From: a virus
Virus record (IMG/VR): IMGVR_UViG_3300024988_000005
Length of the DNA stretch: 43,740 nucleotides
Reading direction: 5' to 3' (one strand)
Numbering within the stretch: the stretch's first letter is position 1; every line of letters starts with the position of its first letter. Below, in pieces: positions 10,189 through 18,509 of this stretch. Position numbers and translations under genes: made by a program. A model generated the notes under the pieces. It worked only from the letters and a program-made list of their open reading frames with translations, did no database searches and had not been told where the DNA came from.

Positions 10189-10231
10189 GACCGTGTGCCG
10201 CGATCAGTGGTGGGTCAACGGGAAAGCATGC
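10189..10231 (-). promoter_or_regulatory. Conserved late promoter-like element, copy B (upstream of tape measure)
   Basis: Minus strand reads GCATGCTTTCCCGTTGACC-N15-CACACGGTC. The same 43-nt architecture occurs at 18510-18552, 23764-23806 and 43643-43685. Confidence 0.55.
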
Positions 10232-10234
10232 TCG

Positions 10235-10441
10235 TCAGCCGGCCAGCGCGGAGCGCAGGTCCTGCAGCCGGTTTTCCAGCGACGTGGCGAACGGCCGCAT
10301 CAGGCTCACCGCGCCAAAGGCATCGTCATCGCCGTGGGTTTCCAGGTAGTCGAGCGCGCTGTTGAAGCGGTGCAGGTCCTCTTCCATCTGCTGAATCGGC
10401 ATGGAAGTGGTCGCGGTGCAGTCTTGCGTGGCGGTGGCCAT
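10235..10441 (-). CDS. Hypothetical small protein (68 aa)
   Basis: ATG at 10441 is preceded by GAGGAAATCCACC (SD-like). The ORF ends just before promoter-like copy B. Confidence 0.5.
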   Translation of the reverse strand: MATATQDCTATTSMPIQQMEEDLHRFNSALDYLETHGDDDAFGAVSLMRPFATSLENRLQDLRSALAG

Positions 10442-10715
10442 GGTGGATTTCCTCGTTGTCGTTGAAGTAGCCCCTGTTGAGGGGGCGGCCGGGTACTTCA
10501 ACACCGCAACGAGACGGCCCGCAGTTTTCCCCCGTCACCGGGGTCTTGTATGGCTGCGCGCTACCCGACCATGGGGGAACCATAGTCGCAAAAAATCCGC
10601 GATGACGCTCGCGGATGACGCTCGTTGTCAGTGTGTTGAGCACCTTGAGGCGGAGCCTACTGCCGGCATATGTCTGTGGTCAACTGCGTCATTGTATTGC
10701 GCTAATGTATTTCCC

Positions 10716-11075
10716 ATGCCACGGCCAACCGCCATCACCGAATGTTCAAGGTGCCATTCCATCTACATGGCTTCTTCCCATGACGAATGCCCGGCTTGCA
10801 TGGCAAGAAGCATGGCGGAGATAGCTGAAAATCAGAGATGGATGCTCGTTGGGCTTTCCGATTGCGAAGAGATCGCCGGAATCATCACAGCCCGATCACC
10901 CGCTTGCGAGAGCGACGGTTGCAAGCATGTTCCACGGATCACATCCCTCAAGGCAGCCCTGGCCGTCAGCCCGCTTCCATGCAGGGCCGGGCGCCGCTGC
11001 TACGGATACATGCAGCCGGTATTCAAAGATGAGCTGACGCCAGAGCAGTTCGCGCTGCTGAGCAAGGATTTCTAG
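10716..11075 (+). CDS. Hypothetical Cys-rich protein, plus-strand moron gene (119 aa)
   Basis: One of only two credible plus-strand genes. AT-richer codon usage than the surrounding DNA, with several CxxC/CxxxC pairs. Start chosen at the ATG 8 nt after a TAATGT box. Confidence 0.45.
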   Translation: MPRPTAITECSRCHSIYMASSHDECPACMARSMAEIAENQRWMLVGLSDCEEIAGIITARSPACESDGCKHVPRITSLKAALAVSPLPCRAGRRCYGYMQPVFKDELTPEQFALLSKDF

Positions 11076-11765
11076 TCAACCGCCACGCGCGAATTGCTTC
11101 TCATCGAATCCGTGCACGTCAAAGGTGAACACCTGGTTACCTTGCTGGAAAAAGGTGGTCTCGATCCTCACCGTCTTGGCGGCAAGCATTCGCTGGTAGA
11201 ACCGTGAGTGCTGAACGATGAACACGCTGGTCGTACTGCGGTCGCTGGGTTCGCTGGCGGTATAACGCTCTGGAGCCCCATCATCGAAACGCACTAGCAA
11301 TTGGCATCCGTCGATGCTGCAGCCGAACTGGCCGCGTTCGATTGAGAAGACAACATCGCTGCCATAGCGAGGATGCTTGCGCACCATCAGGGTCGCGTGC
11401 TGGTCACCGGCATAGGGGAAAGAGAAATCGACGGTGTTCTGGCTTTCTACCCTGGCGACCTGCACCGGTTTGCCGGTCATGTCGTCGGTTGTCGCCCGAT
11501 ACAGCCAGCTCCGAAGCACGGAGTCGTCATGGTTTTCAGGCTCTGGATGTGCCTGCGATGCCACCGCGGGCGGTGTGGTTGGCGCGGCCCCTGATGTCTC
11601 GCTTCCGCCCTTCCAGATCGCCCAGATGATGAAGGCGCCGAACAGCACGACGATCCATGCGCATCCCGTCCTGGCGGCCGAAGGGCGCTGTTTCCCGCAA
11701 TGCGGGCACACCTTCGCGCTGGAACTCATCTGCTGTCCGCACTCGCTGCACTTGATCAGCGCCAT
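11076..11765 (-). CDS. Zinc-ribbon / single-pass membrane protein, moron gene (229 aa)
   Basis: N-terminus MALIKCSECGQQMSSSAKVCPHCG (zinc ribbon) is followed by a hydrophobic helix (AWIVVLFGAFIIWAIW). GGAGG lies upstream of the ATG at 11765. AT-richer than neighbouring DNA. Confidence 0.6.
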   Translation of the reverse strand: MALIKCSECGQQMSSSAKVCPHCGKQRPSAARTGCAWIVVLFGAFIIWAIWKGGSETSGAAPTTPPAVASQAHPEPENHDDSVLRSWLYRATTDDMTGKPVQVARVESQNTVDFSFPYAGDQHATLMVRKHPRYGSDVVFSIERGQFGCSIDGCQLLVRFDDGAPERYTASEPSDRSTTSVFIVQHSRFYQRMLAAKTVRIETTFFQQGNQVFTFDVHGFDEKQFARGG

Positions 11766-11797
11766 CCCCTGTTCCTCCCTGTGGCAGTCGCAACATC

Positions 11798-12229
11798 CTA
11801 CAACCGCTGCAACTCCGGCAACACCGCGCCCACCATCAGCCGCACGTCGTCCAGCAGCTGCGGCCACGCCTCGCGCGGCACGCCCATCAGCTCGGCCGCG
11901 TCGCGGATCTCGCCGGCAGCGATGCCGGTGGGCAGCAGCCGGCCGTCCGGCAGGCTGGCGTACTGCCAGGCGCAACGGATGAATACGCCGAAGGCGGCGG
12001 CGTTCTCGGGCCACACCGTCACGGTGTCGTCGGGGTCGTCATCCTCCCGCTGCTGGTCGGCCCAGTCGTCGACATCAGGCACGCCCATGGCCGACAGTTC
12101 GTCGGCCATGGAATCCAGCTCGGTGTCGTGGTCCTGCGGGCCGTTGCTGCGCCGCAGGGCCAGCCAGGTCAGCGCCGCTTCTTCGAGGTTTTCTCGGCGC
12201 CATTGTCCTGACGCATAGCCTCGAAAAAA
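11798..12229 (-). CDS. -1 frameshift extension of the tail assembly chaperone (G-T-like fusion, about 246 aa in total)
   Basis: The -1 frame is open from the slippery site at 12223-12229 through to the stop at 11798, by my own translation. This is the canonical G/GT arrangement. Confidence 0.6.
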   Translation of the reverse strand, partial: FFRGYASGQWRRENLEEAALTWLALRRSNGPQDHDTELDSMADELSAMGVPDVDDWADQQREDDDPDDTVTVWPENAAAFGVFIRCAWQYASLPDGRLLPTGIAAGEIRDAAELMGVPREAWPQLLDDVRLMVGAVLPELQRL

Positions 12230-12537
12230 TCACGGAACGCCGCGTTGCAGCACTCGATGCTGTTGCGAACCCATTTCAGTTGGTCGGCGGGCGGCAGCTC
12301 CTCGATCTTGCCGTCCTCGCCTTTCTGGCCGATGCCGCTGACGCCGGTCAGCACTTCGTCCAGCACTTCGCTCTGGGTGTAGCCGGCTTCGTCGTCCAGG
12401 AACTCGTCCAACCGCTCCTTGGTGATGCGGCGGAAGCTGGCCTTGAAGTCGCCCTCGCGGAAGCCACCGCTTTCGGTGGCAAAGCGCACCTTTACGGTGC
12501 GGGTGAAGGTGTCGCTGGTGGTGTCGGTGGTAAGCAT
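12169..12537 (-). CDS. Tail assembly chaperone, G-like (122 aa)
   Basis: Sits between the tail tube and tape measure. GAGG lies 6 nt upstream of the ATG at 12537. Contains the slippery heptamer near its 3' end. Confidence 0.65.
   Translation of the reverse strand: MLTTDTTSDTFTRTVKVRFATESGGFREGDFKASFRRITKERLDEFLDDEAGYTQSEVLDEVLTGVSGIGQKGEDGKIEELPPADQLKWVRNSIECCNAAFRDFFEAMRQDNGAEKTSKKRR
12223..12229 (-). promoter_or_regulatory. Programmed -1 ribosomal frameshift slippery heptamer T_TTT_TTC
   Basis: Zero frame reads GAT TTT TTC (D-F-F) in the chaperone gene, which matches the X_XXY_YYZ pattern. Confidence 0.6.
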
Positions 12538-12567
12538 GCGTGCCTCGATGTCGGCGTGGTGGTGGAA

Positions 12568-12596
12568 CCCCGCACCGGCCATGCGCCGGTGCGGGG
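12568..12596 (-). terminator. Perfect 12-bp GC-rich hairpin after the tail tube gene (attenuator or terminator candidate)
   Basis: CCCCGCACCGGC-(5 nt)-GCCGGTGCGGGG, followed on the minus strand by TT. Lies between the tube stop (12609) and the chaperone start (12537). Confidence 0.5.
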
Positions 12597-12608
12597 CTGT
12601 GGGGTGGG

Positions 12609-13565
12609 TTACCGGGCGACGATGGTGTAGTCCGGGTCGGGGGCGATGGCGCCCAGCGGGCCGGTCACCTGCAGGGCGCTCACGCCCTGCTCGTCGGCGC
12701 GCTTCACGCTCTGCGCCTGGCTGTTGGCGGCGTTGATCTCCACGATGTTGCCGGCCACGGTGCCGTGCTTGTAGAGCAGTGCGCCGGCGGCTTCGCTGTT
12801 CACGTCGGCGAAGAAGTCGTGGGTAGGGATGTCGGTCTCTTCGAAGCTGCTGTCGAAGGTGGCCCGGCGGTCGGTGATCTGGATCGACTCCTCTTCGGAG
12901 TGCTCGTAGAACTCCACCTTCTGGCCGAAGTCCAGGTTCAGGCTGTGCAGGCCCACCAACTGACCGAACAGCGTGCAGTCCACCGTGCTGGCGCGGAACG
13001 GCACCGGCTTCTTCCAGCTCGAGTACACCGCGCCCAGGCTGGTGCCGAGGTTGGTGGGGGCGTTGTACAGGCCCATGAAGCTGAACTCGAACCAGGCGTA
13101 GTCGCGCTTCGCGCTCACCAGCTTCAGGCTGCCGCGGGCGCCGGTGATGGTATGCAGGGTCTTGTCCTGCAGGAACTTGAAGGTCAGCGAGTCCATGTCC
13201 GAATCGACCGGCGTGTACACGGCGCTGGCCACCACCACGGGCGGGCCGGCGTCATCGGCCAGCAGCTCCTCTTTGTGGCCGCAGCCCTTCATCAGCACGC
13301 CCCAGGCGGGCGCGGTGCCGGCGGTGCCGCTGCCGGCCACCGGCACGCGGAACGTGCACAGCACATGCTTGCCCACCAGGGTGCCAAGGTTGGCGCCGTA
13401 GGTGGGCTTGTCCAGGTTGAGCTCGATCGCGTCGCCTTCCAGCGGGCTGATCGTGAGCTGGCTGGTCTGGATCGCGTTCACCGCGCCGTCGAGGGCGGCC
13501 GGCACGCCGTAGGTGGTTTCCACCGCCGCCAGCAGGGTCTTTTTGCGGGAGTAGATCTTGCTCAT
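12609..13565 (-). CDS. Major tail tube protein (318 aa)
   Basis: Call rests on position (before chaperone and tape measure), size, a GGAGAACCACG SD, and the strong hairpin downstream. No motif-level proof. Confidence 0.5.
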   Translation of the reverse strand: MSKIYSRKKTLLAAVETTYGVPAALDGAVNAIQTSQLTISPLEGDAIELNLDKPTYGANLGTLVGKHVLCTFRVPVAGSGTAGTAPAWGVLMKGCGHKEELLADDAGPPVVVASAVYTPVDSDMDSLTFKFLQDKTLHTITGARGSLKLVSAKRDYAWFEFSFMGLYNAPTNLGTSLGAVYSSWKKPVPFRASTVDCTLFGQLVGLHSLNLDFGQKVEFYEHSEEESIQITDRRATFDSSFEETDIPTHDFFADVNSEAAGALLYKHGTVAGNIVEINAANSQAQSVKRADEQGVSALQVTGPLGAIAPDPDYTIVAR

Positions 13566-13617
13566 CGTGGTTCTCCGTAGGCCGGGCGCGTGGCCGTGGC
13601 GCGGGTTGGGTCAGGGT

Positions 13618-13812
13618 TCAGCGGTGGTGACCGAGTTGCCGGGCGCGCTCGCGCTTCCAGGCTTCGCGGTCGGCGGGGTCGCGGTCGCGGGTGTGCACGG
13701 GCGCGGCCGGTGCGGTGTCAACGGGAACGGGCTCGGCGTCAACCGCAACGGCGGTTTCGTCCACCGCAGCGGGCGCGGGATCGGGAAGGCGGGGCGTCTT
13801 CGCGCGGGCCAT
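13618..13812 (-). CDS. Hypothetical small Pro/Ala-rich protein (64 aa)
   Basis: ATG at 13812 is preceded by GGAGGAATGAA, directly after the upstream stop. Confidence 0.4.
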   Translation of the reverse strand: MARAKTPRLPDPAPAAVDETAVAVDAEPVPVDTAPAAPVHTRDRDPADREAWKRERARQLGHHR

Positions 13813-13813
13813 T

Positions 13814-14269
13814 TCATTCCTCCAGCAGTGGCAGCAGCCACTCGGTGTGGATCCAGCCGTAAGGCGCATCGAGCTGGGCGCTCTGCCGCGCATTCAGCAG
13901 ACGCAGTGTCACCAGCTTGTCGTCGCCGATGGCTGCGTTGGCGAACGCTTCCAGGTCGGCCAGCATGTCGAACTCGGCGGCCTCCACCTGGGCGCCTTCG
14001 GTGCCCTCGGCCAGCTTGATCTGGCCGGTCACGATCAGCCGCAGCGCGCCCAGCTCGGTCTGCGCCGGCGCATCCAGGCCCGGGCCGTAGTCGCTGTGCT
14101 CGTAGGGGTAGTCGGCCACGCCATTGCCCAGCACGGTGAACAGGCCGGGTTCCAGCTCGCTGTCCGGCCGCTCGGTGTGCATGCGGAACGTGCGCGTCAC
14201 GCTACGCGCCGGGAACTGCGCGGACAGCGCGGCGGCCAGGTAGTCGATGCGGGCGGACTTGGTGCTCAT
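13814..14269 (-). CDS. Hypothetical head-tail joining / tail completion protein (151 aa)
   Basis: ATGA overlap with the upstream gene. Located in the connector module. Confidence 0.45.
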   Translation of the reverse strand: MSTKSARIDYLAAALSAQFPARSVTRTFRMHTERPDSELEPGLFTVLGNGVADYPYEHSDYGPGLDAPAQTELGALRLIVTGQIKLAEGTEGAQVEAAEFDMLADLEAFANAAIGDDKLVTLRLLNARQSAQLDAPYGWIHTEWLLPLLEE

Positions 14270-14769
14270 GCCCGCGCCACCGTGGCCAGCGCCTTGTCGG
14301 CGGCCTGCTCGATCAGCTCGTCCAGCCGCGGCAGCATGGCCTCCAGGCTGCGGTCGGCGAACGGATTTGGCTTGATGCCGTGCTTCACGATGTCGTGGCG
14401 GATCAGCCATGCCAGGCCGCGCTGTGTAAGGCCGGGCTTGCGCGGGGTGATGCCCTTCTTCTGGATCCAGTTGAGGATCTCGGGGAACGGCACCAGGCCG
14501 CCTTCGCCGGTGCCGTCGTTGACGTAGGCGCCGTACTGCTTGCCGCGGGCGCGCACCATGTGCAGCAGCAGGCCCACGCGCTCGTAGCCGATGCTGTTGG
14601 TCAGCTCGCTGCGGTACTTCGGCGCCTCGGTGCGCATGGTGCGCGACAGCTCGATGCCGCCGCGGCCCAGCGCCTGGTCGATCGCGTCCACCGCCGCATC
14701 CGGCGCCAGCGCCAGCGCACGGCCGACCTTCTCGGTGTCATGCACCAGATTGAACGTGCCGGCCATCAT
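14266..14769 (-). CDS. Head-tail connector protein, possibly HK97 gp10-like (167 aa)
   Basis: ATGA overlap with the upstream gene. Call rests on position and loose similarity remembered from the gp10 family. Confidence 0.35.
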   Translation of the reverse strand: MMAGTFNLVHDTEKVGRALALAPDAAVDAIDQALGRGGIELSRTMRTEAPKYRSELTNSIGYERVGLLLHMVRARGKQYGAYVNDGTGEGGLVPFPEILNWIQKKGITPRKPGLTQRGLAWLIRHDIVKHGIKPNPFADRSLEAMLPRLDELIEQAADKALATVARA

Positions 14770-15413
14770 GCGGCCGCCTTGTATTCGGCCAGCAGCATGG
14801 CGTGCCAGCTCGCCGGCGTCTGGTTGCTGGGGTAGCTGCCGCTGCCGGGGCTGAGCGCGATGGGCTTGTGCAGGTTGCGGTTCACCAGCTCGCGCGCCGC
14901 TTCCACCATGGCGCGCAGTATCACCAGGTCGCGGTCGCCGTCGCGCAGCGTGCTGCCGCTGTCGGTGAGCACCGGCGTGGCGAGGTAGTAGTAGCGGTAG
15001 TCCGCGCCGAAGGTGCTGATCTGCGCGGCGCTGGGCGCCGGGGTCAGCACCAGCACGGGGGCGCCGTCCTGGTCGCTCAGCCGCACCACCGGCAGCGCGC
15101 CGGCGGGCTGCTGCCACACCGGTACCGCGCCAATGCCCCAGTCGCTGGCCTTGGGGGTCAGCAGGTCCTCGGGCACGTCGGTGTACAGGCTCTGCCCGGC
15201 CACCAGGGTGAGCGCGCCAAGCCGCGTGCAGCTGCGCTTGCCGTCGATGCCGATCGCGCGCGCGGCAATGCCCAGGTGCCGCTTGAAGTCGGCATCCGGG
15301 TCGGCCGGCTGGGTCGCGGGGTCGGCGCCGGCCGGCGTGCCCTTGAACACGCTGGCCGCGTCATGCAACGCGGCCTTGTAGTCGGGCAGCAGGCTGGCAA
15401 GGCTGAGCGCCAT
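14766..15413 (-). CDS. Hypothetical head completion / adaptor protein (215 aa)
   Basis: Coupled ORF in the connector module. Confidence 0.4.
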   Translation of the reverse strand: MALSLASLLPDYKAALHDAASVFKGTPAGADPATQPADPDADFKRHLGIAARAIGIDGKRSCTRLGALTLVAGQSLYTDVPEDLLTPKASDWGIGAVPVWQQPAGALPVVRLSDQDGAPVLVLTPAPSAAQISTFGADYRYYYLATPVLTDSGSTLRDGDRDLVILRAMVEAARELVNRNLHKPIALSPGSGSYPSNQTPASWHAMLLAEYKAAA

Positions 15414-15416
15414 GGC

Positions 15417-15752
15417 TTACTGGGCGCCCTCGCTGGCGCGGCGCAGGTGCTCGGCGGTGATCGCCTCCAGCACGCTTTTGCGCGGCTTGTTCGCCGAGGC
15501 TTCCAGCGCTTCGAGCTGGTGCAGCGAGTCGATGTCCAGCGTGGGCAGTGCGGCCACCACGTCGGCGGCCTTGGCGGCATGCAGGGCCAGCACGGGGTCT
15601 TCCGGCGGCTCGTCGTTCGCCTGCGCGCTGAGCTCGCCCATGCCGGGCGGCACCAGGTGGGCCGGCACGTGCAGCGTCTCGCCGGGGCGGATCACGGCGC
15701 CGCCGACGTGCAGGTTGTCGGTGCCGTGGTTGGTGACGGGGATCTTGTCCAT
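15417..15752 (-). CDS. Hypothetical protein following the capsid gene (111 aa)
   Basis: Minus-strand ORF with protein-like composition. Function unknown. Confidence 0.45.
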   Translation of the reverse strand: MDKIPVTNHGTDNLHVGGAVIRPGETLHVPAHLVPPGMGELSAQANDEPPEDPVLALHAAKAADVVAALPTLDIDSLHQLEALEASANKPRKSVLEAITAEHLRRASEGAQ

Positions 15753-15779
15753 GGTTCAGCCCTTGTCTGGGGGAAAGGC

Positions 15780-15810
15780 GGAAGGGGCGCCCTTGCGGAC
15801 GCGCCCTTCC
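15780..15810 (-). terminator. GC-rich stem-loop directly after the capsid ORF
   Basis: GGAAGGGCGC / GCGCCCCTTCC arms with one bulge and a 10-nt loop, followed on the minus strand by GCCTTTCC. Confidence 0.4.
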
Positions 15811-15823
15811 TTCCCGGCGGCTA

Positions 15824-18505
15824 TCAGGTACCGCGGGCGTTGGTGAAGCTGTACGCCAGGATCGACGTGAAGCGGCCACGCAGCGGCTTCGGGATGTGCA
15901 GCGAGCTGTACTCCTCGCCGTACGCGCCCTTCTTGCCCAGTGCCAGGCCGTTGCTGTCGAACAACTCATACGGCACGCCGGTCTGGAACGTCTTGGCGAT
16001 CGTGTAGAAGAAGTTCGCGCGCTGGCCGAGCAGCATGCGCTCGTCGCCCAGGTCGATGCCGGGGGCGTCCGTGGCCCAGCCCGGGATGCCCTTCACCGGC
16101 TGCAGCGTGCCCTGCGCGGTGATGCTGCTGTCCGCGCGGGAGTTCGCCTCGGTGAACTGCTCCGCATCCGTGATCATGTTGGTGAGCACGTCGCTGGCCA
16201 GGAAGAAGTCCGGCTGCACATAGCGCTGCTGGCTCATCGTGGCCTTGCGCGCACCCACCGCCTGCAGCAGCTTGTTCATCTGCTTTTCGTAGGTGCTTCC
16301 GGCGGCGATGTCGGTGTCCACCTTCAGCACGTTGGTGGTGTAGCTGTAGCCGGCGGTGACGGTGCCGGCCGGTGCGCTGGGGGCGCCGGTCTGGTCCACG
16401 ATCTGGAACGTGCCCAGGTTGTAGCTCAGCCAGCGGTAGTACTTGCCGGCCGACTGCGTGCCGCTGCCGTCGAACTCCACCAGTGCGGTGGCGCCATCCT
16501 TGATCGACACCGGCTGCTCGGCGCTGCCCACGGCGTTGCCCTTCAGGTCGCGCGCCTGGTACGGCCGTACTACCGGGAAGTTCGCCACCTTGTAGCCGTT
16601 GGTGGCACCGCTGTACGCGGTGACGGCAGTGCCGGCGGCCACGTCCACCACGCTGAAGCTGTCGCTGTCGCGCAGCATGCGGTTGGCGATGGCCGCGGCC
16701 ACCAGCTCGCGCATCACCTGCGCGTTGCTGACGATGTTGCGGGCCCAGGCGTCGAAGTTGATGATCGAGCTGTTGCGGCTGAAGTACGCCGCCTCGTTGG
16801 TCAGCTCCATCGCCAGCTTGCGCGGCTCGATGTAGGCGTAGTCCATCGCCTGAGCGATGCCGGCGCGGTGGATCGGCTGGCCCTCGTACACGATGCCGCC
16901 ATTGCGCACGGCGCTGGTGTCGCGGGTCTCGTACGGCACCGAGTGGGTCGGACCGGTGGTCGGGTCCACGGCGGCGTTCACCAGCTGCAGCACGTCCAGC
17001 CGCTGGTAGACCTGCTCGATCACCGCGCGCTGCACGCTGGCGGGGATGTTCATGTCGCCGGTGTTCACCGGGCCACCCGCCAGCATCTTGGCTTCCTGAT
17101 GCAGCTGCTGGGCATGTTCGCGGTCGAACTCGGCCAGCATGCGCTTCACGAACGGGCTCTGCTTGTCCGGCTCGGCGAACACCAGCTTGCCGTTGAACGC
17201 CTCGTTGGTCTGCTGCAAGCCCTTGCGCACGTCCTCGCTCAGCTTGCGGATGGCGTTGCCGTCGTCCACGGTGATGTGGGTGACGCCGGAGCGGATCGGG
17301 AAACCCTGCTCGGCCAGCTTGCGCGAGGCCTCGATCTGGTTGCCCAGGGCGATCTGGTTGGCGGCCAGCGCGGTCACCTGCGCATCGGTCATGTCGCCGG
17401 TGATCAGGCCGTCGACGTTCTCGCCCAGCGTCTTGCGGGTGTCTTCGGACAGGCCTGCGGCGGCGGCGATCGCGTCGCTGAACAGCTTGACCTTGGCGGC
17501 CTTGTCGGTGGCCAGCTTGGTCGCGGCGGCAACGCGGGCGGCTTCGCGCTCATCGAGCAGCTTGGTGATGTCGGCCTCGCTCAGCATCTTGCCGGCCGGG
17601 GCCGTGATGTTCAGCGTGACCGGGCCGTTGTGGCCAGCCTCGGCCAGCGTCTTGCCGGTGGCGGTGAGCTGGTCGACCAGGCCCTTGTGGGCCTCGGCAT
17701 CCTCGCCCAGGTTCTTGGCGGCCGCCTCGTAGGCGGCGCAGATGGACTTGATGGTTTCTTCGCTGAGCTTCATGGCGCGCAGGTTGGCGCGCAGGGTTTC
17801 GAGCCAGTTCATGGTGGTCTGCTCCAGGGATTCGGACAGTTGTCGGATCAGTTCCGGGTGCAAGAACACCGGGGTATTGGCGGTGCCCTCGGCGAGGGTC
17901 ACCGGGTCCATGCGCTTGATGACGGGGCGCGTGGTGAGCCCGGCGCCAAGAAGCGTCGGGCCGTGGGGCTGTTTGGTTTCGTTGTCGACGAAGTTGTCGA
18001 CGAACTCGGCGCTGAGGTACACGAAGCCGCGATCCTTCACCGCGGCCACACCGTACGGGGTGAACTCCACGTCCGCGCGCAGGCGGTTGCCGTCCACCTT
18101 CAGGCTGAGGATCTTCGCGGCGGCGCCGTCATTCGGCGCATGCGCCACGTCGATGAAGATGTCCTGGCCGTAGGCGTGCGAGTCGAAGTTGCGAACCATG
18201 CTCAGCAGCATGTCGCGGGTGATCTCGAACGTGCCGTAGCGCGGATCGCTGAACGTGCCAGTGCGGATGATGGTGACCGTGGCGCGTGGCGAGCCTTCCG
18301 CCAGCTTCACGCCGTCCAGGCCGCACATGAAGCGCTTGGCGCCGGGTGGCGGGTCATTGTTGTCCAGCCGGAAGACGCGCGGCGCGGCCGGCGGCGTGGC
18401 CAGCCCTGCCAGTGCAATCGCCATCAGTCGTTTCAGCATCGCCGTCTCCGCAAAATCGTCCCGCCGCGCCACTGCCATGGTCGCGGCGGGACCTCCCGCT
18501 GCCAT
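15824..18505 (-). CDS. Fused prohead protease (Mu gpI-like) - scaffold - major capsid protein (893 aa)
   Basis: The N-terminal third resembles Mu-like prophage protease I (IIRTGTF..., IDVAHAP). The middle is an Ala/Glu/Lys coiled coil. The C-terminal ~450 aa is capsid-like. No stop interrupts the ORF. Start is 18505 or the ATG at 18478. Confidence 0.6.
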   Translation of the reverse strand: MAAGGPAATMAVARRDDFAETAMLKRLMAIALAGLATPPAAPRVFRLDNNDPPPGAKRFMCGLDGVKLAEGSPRATVTIIRTGTFSDPRYGTFEITRDMLLSMVRNFDSHAYGQDIFIDVAHAPNDGAAAKILSLKVDGNRLRADVEFTPYGVAAVKDRGFVYLSAEFVDNFVDNETKQPHGPTLLGAGLTTRPVIKRMDPVTLAEGTANTPVFLHPELIRQLSESLEQTTMNWLETLRANLRAMKLSEETIKSICAAYEAAAKNLGEDAEAHKGLVDQLTATGKTLAEAGHNGPVTLNITAPAGKMLSEADITKLLDEREAARVAAATKLATDKAAKVKLFSDAIAAAAGLSEDTRKTLGENVDGLITGDMTDAQVTALAANQIALGNQIEASRKLAEQGFPIRSGVTHITVDDGNAIRKLSEDVRKGLQQTNEAFNGKLVFAEPDKQSPFVKRMLAEFDREHAQQLHQEAKMLAGGPVNTGDMNIPASVQRAVIEQVYQRLDVLQLVNAAVDPTTGPTHSVPYETRDTSAVRNGGIVYEGQPIHRAGIAQAMDYAYIEPRKLAMELTNEAAYFSRNSSIINFDAWARNIVSNAQVMRELVAAAIANRMLRDSDSFSVVDVAAGTAVTAYSGATNGYKVANFPVVRPYQARDLKGNAVGSAEQPVSIKDGATALVEFDGSGTQSAGKYYRWLSYNLGTFQIVDQTGAPSAPAGTVTAGYSYTTNVLKVDTDIAAGSTYEKQMNKLLQAVGARKATMSQQRYVQPDFFLASDVLTNMITDAEQFTEANSRADSSITAQGTLQPVKGIPGWATDAPGIDLGDERMLLGQRANFFYTIAKTFQTGVPYELFDSNGLALGKKGAYGEEYSSLHIPKPLRGRFTSILAYSFTNARGT

Positions 18506-18509
18506 GAAT

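Noticed and set aside
13688-13730. Partial look-alike of the late element (GTCAACGGGAACGGG with GGGTGTG upstream) inside the 64-aa ORF.
   Set aside because: The box spacing is about 20 nt rather than 15, the CACACGGTC box is degenerate, and it lies about 120 nt from the next start. Probably a chance resemblance in the coding sequence PVPVDT.
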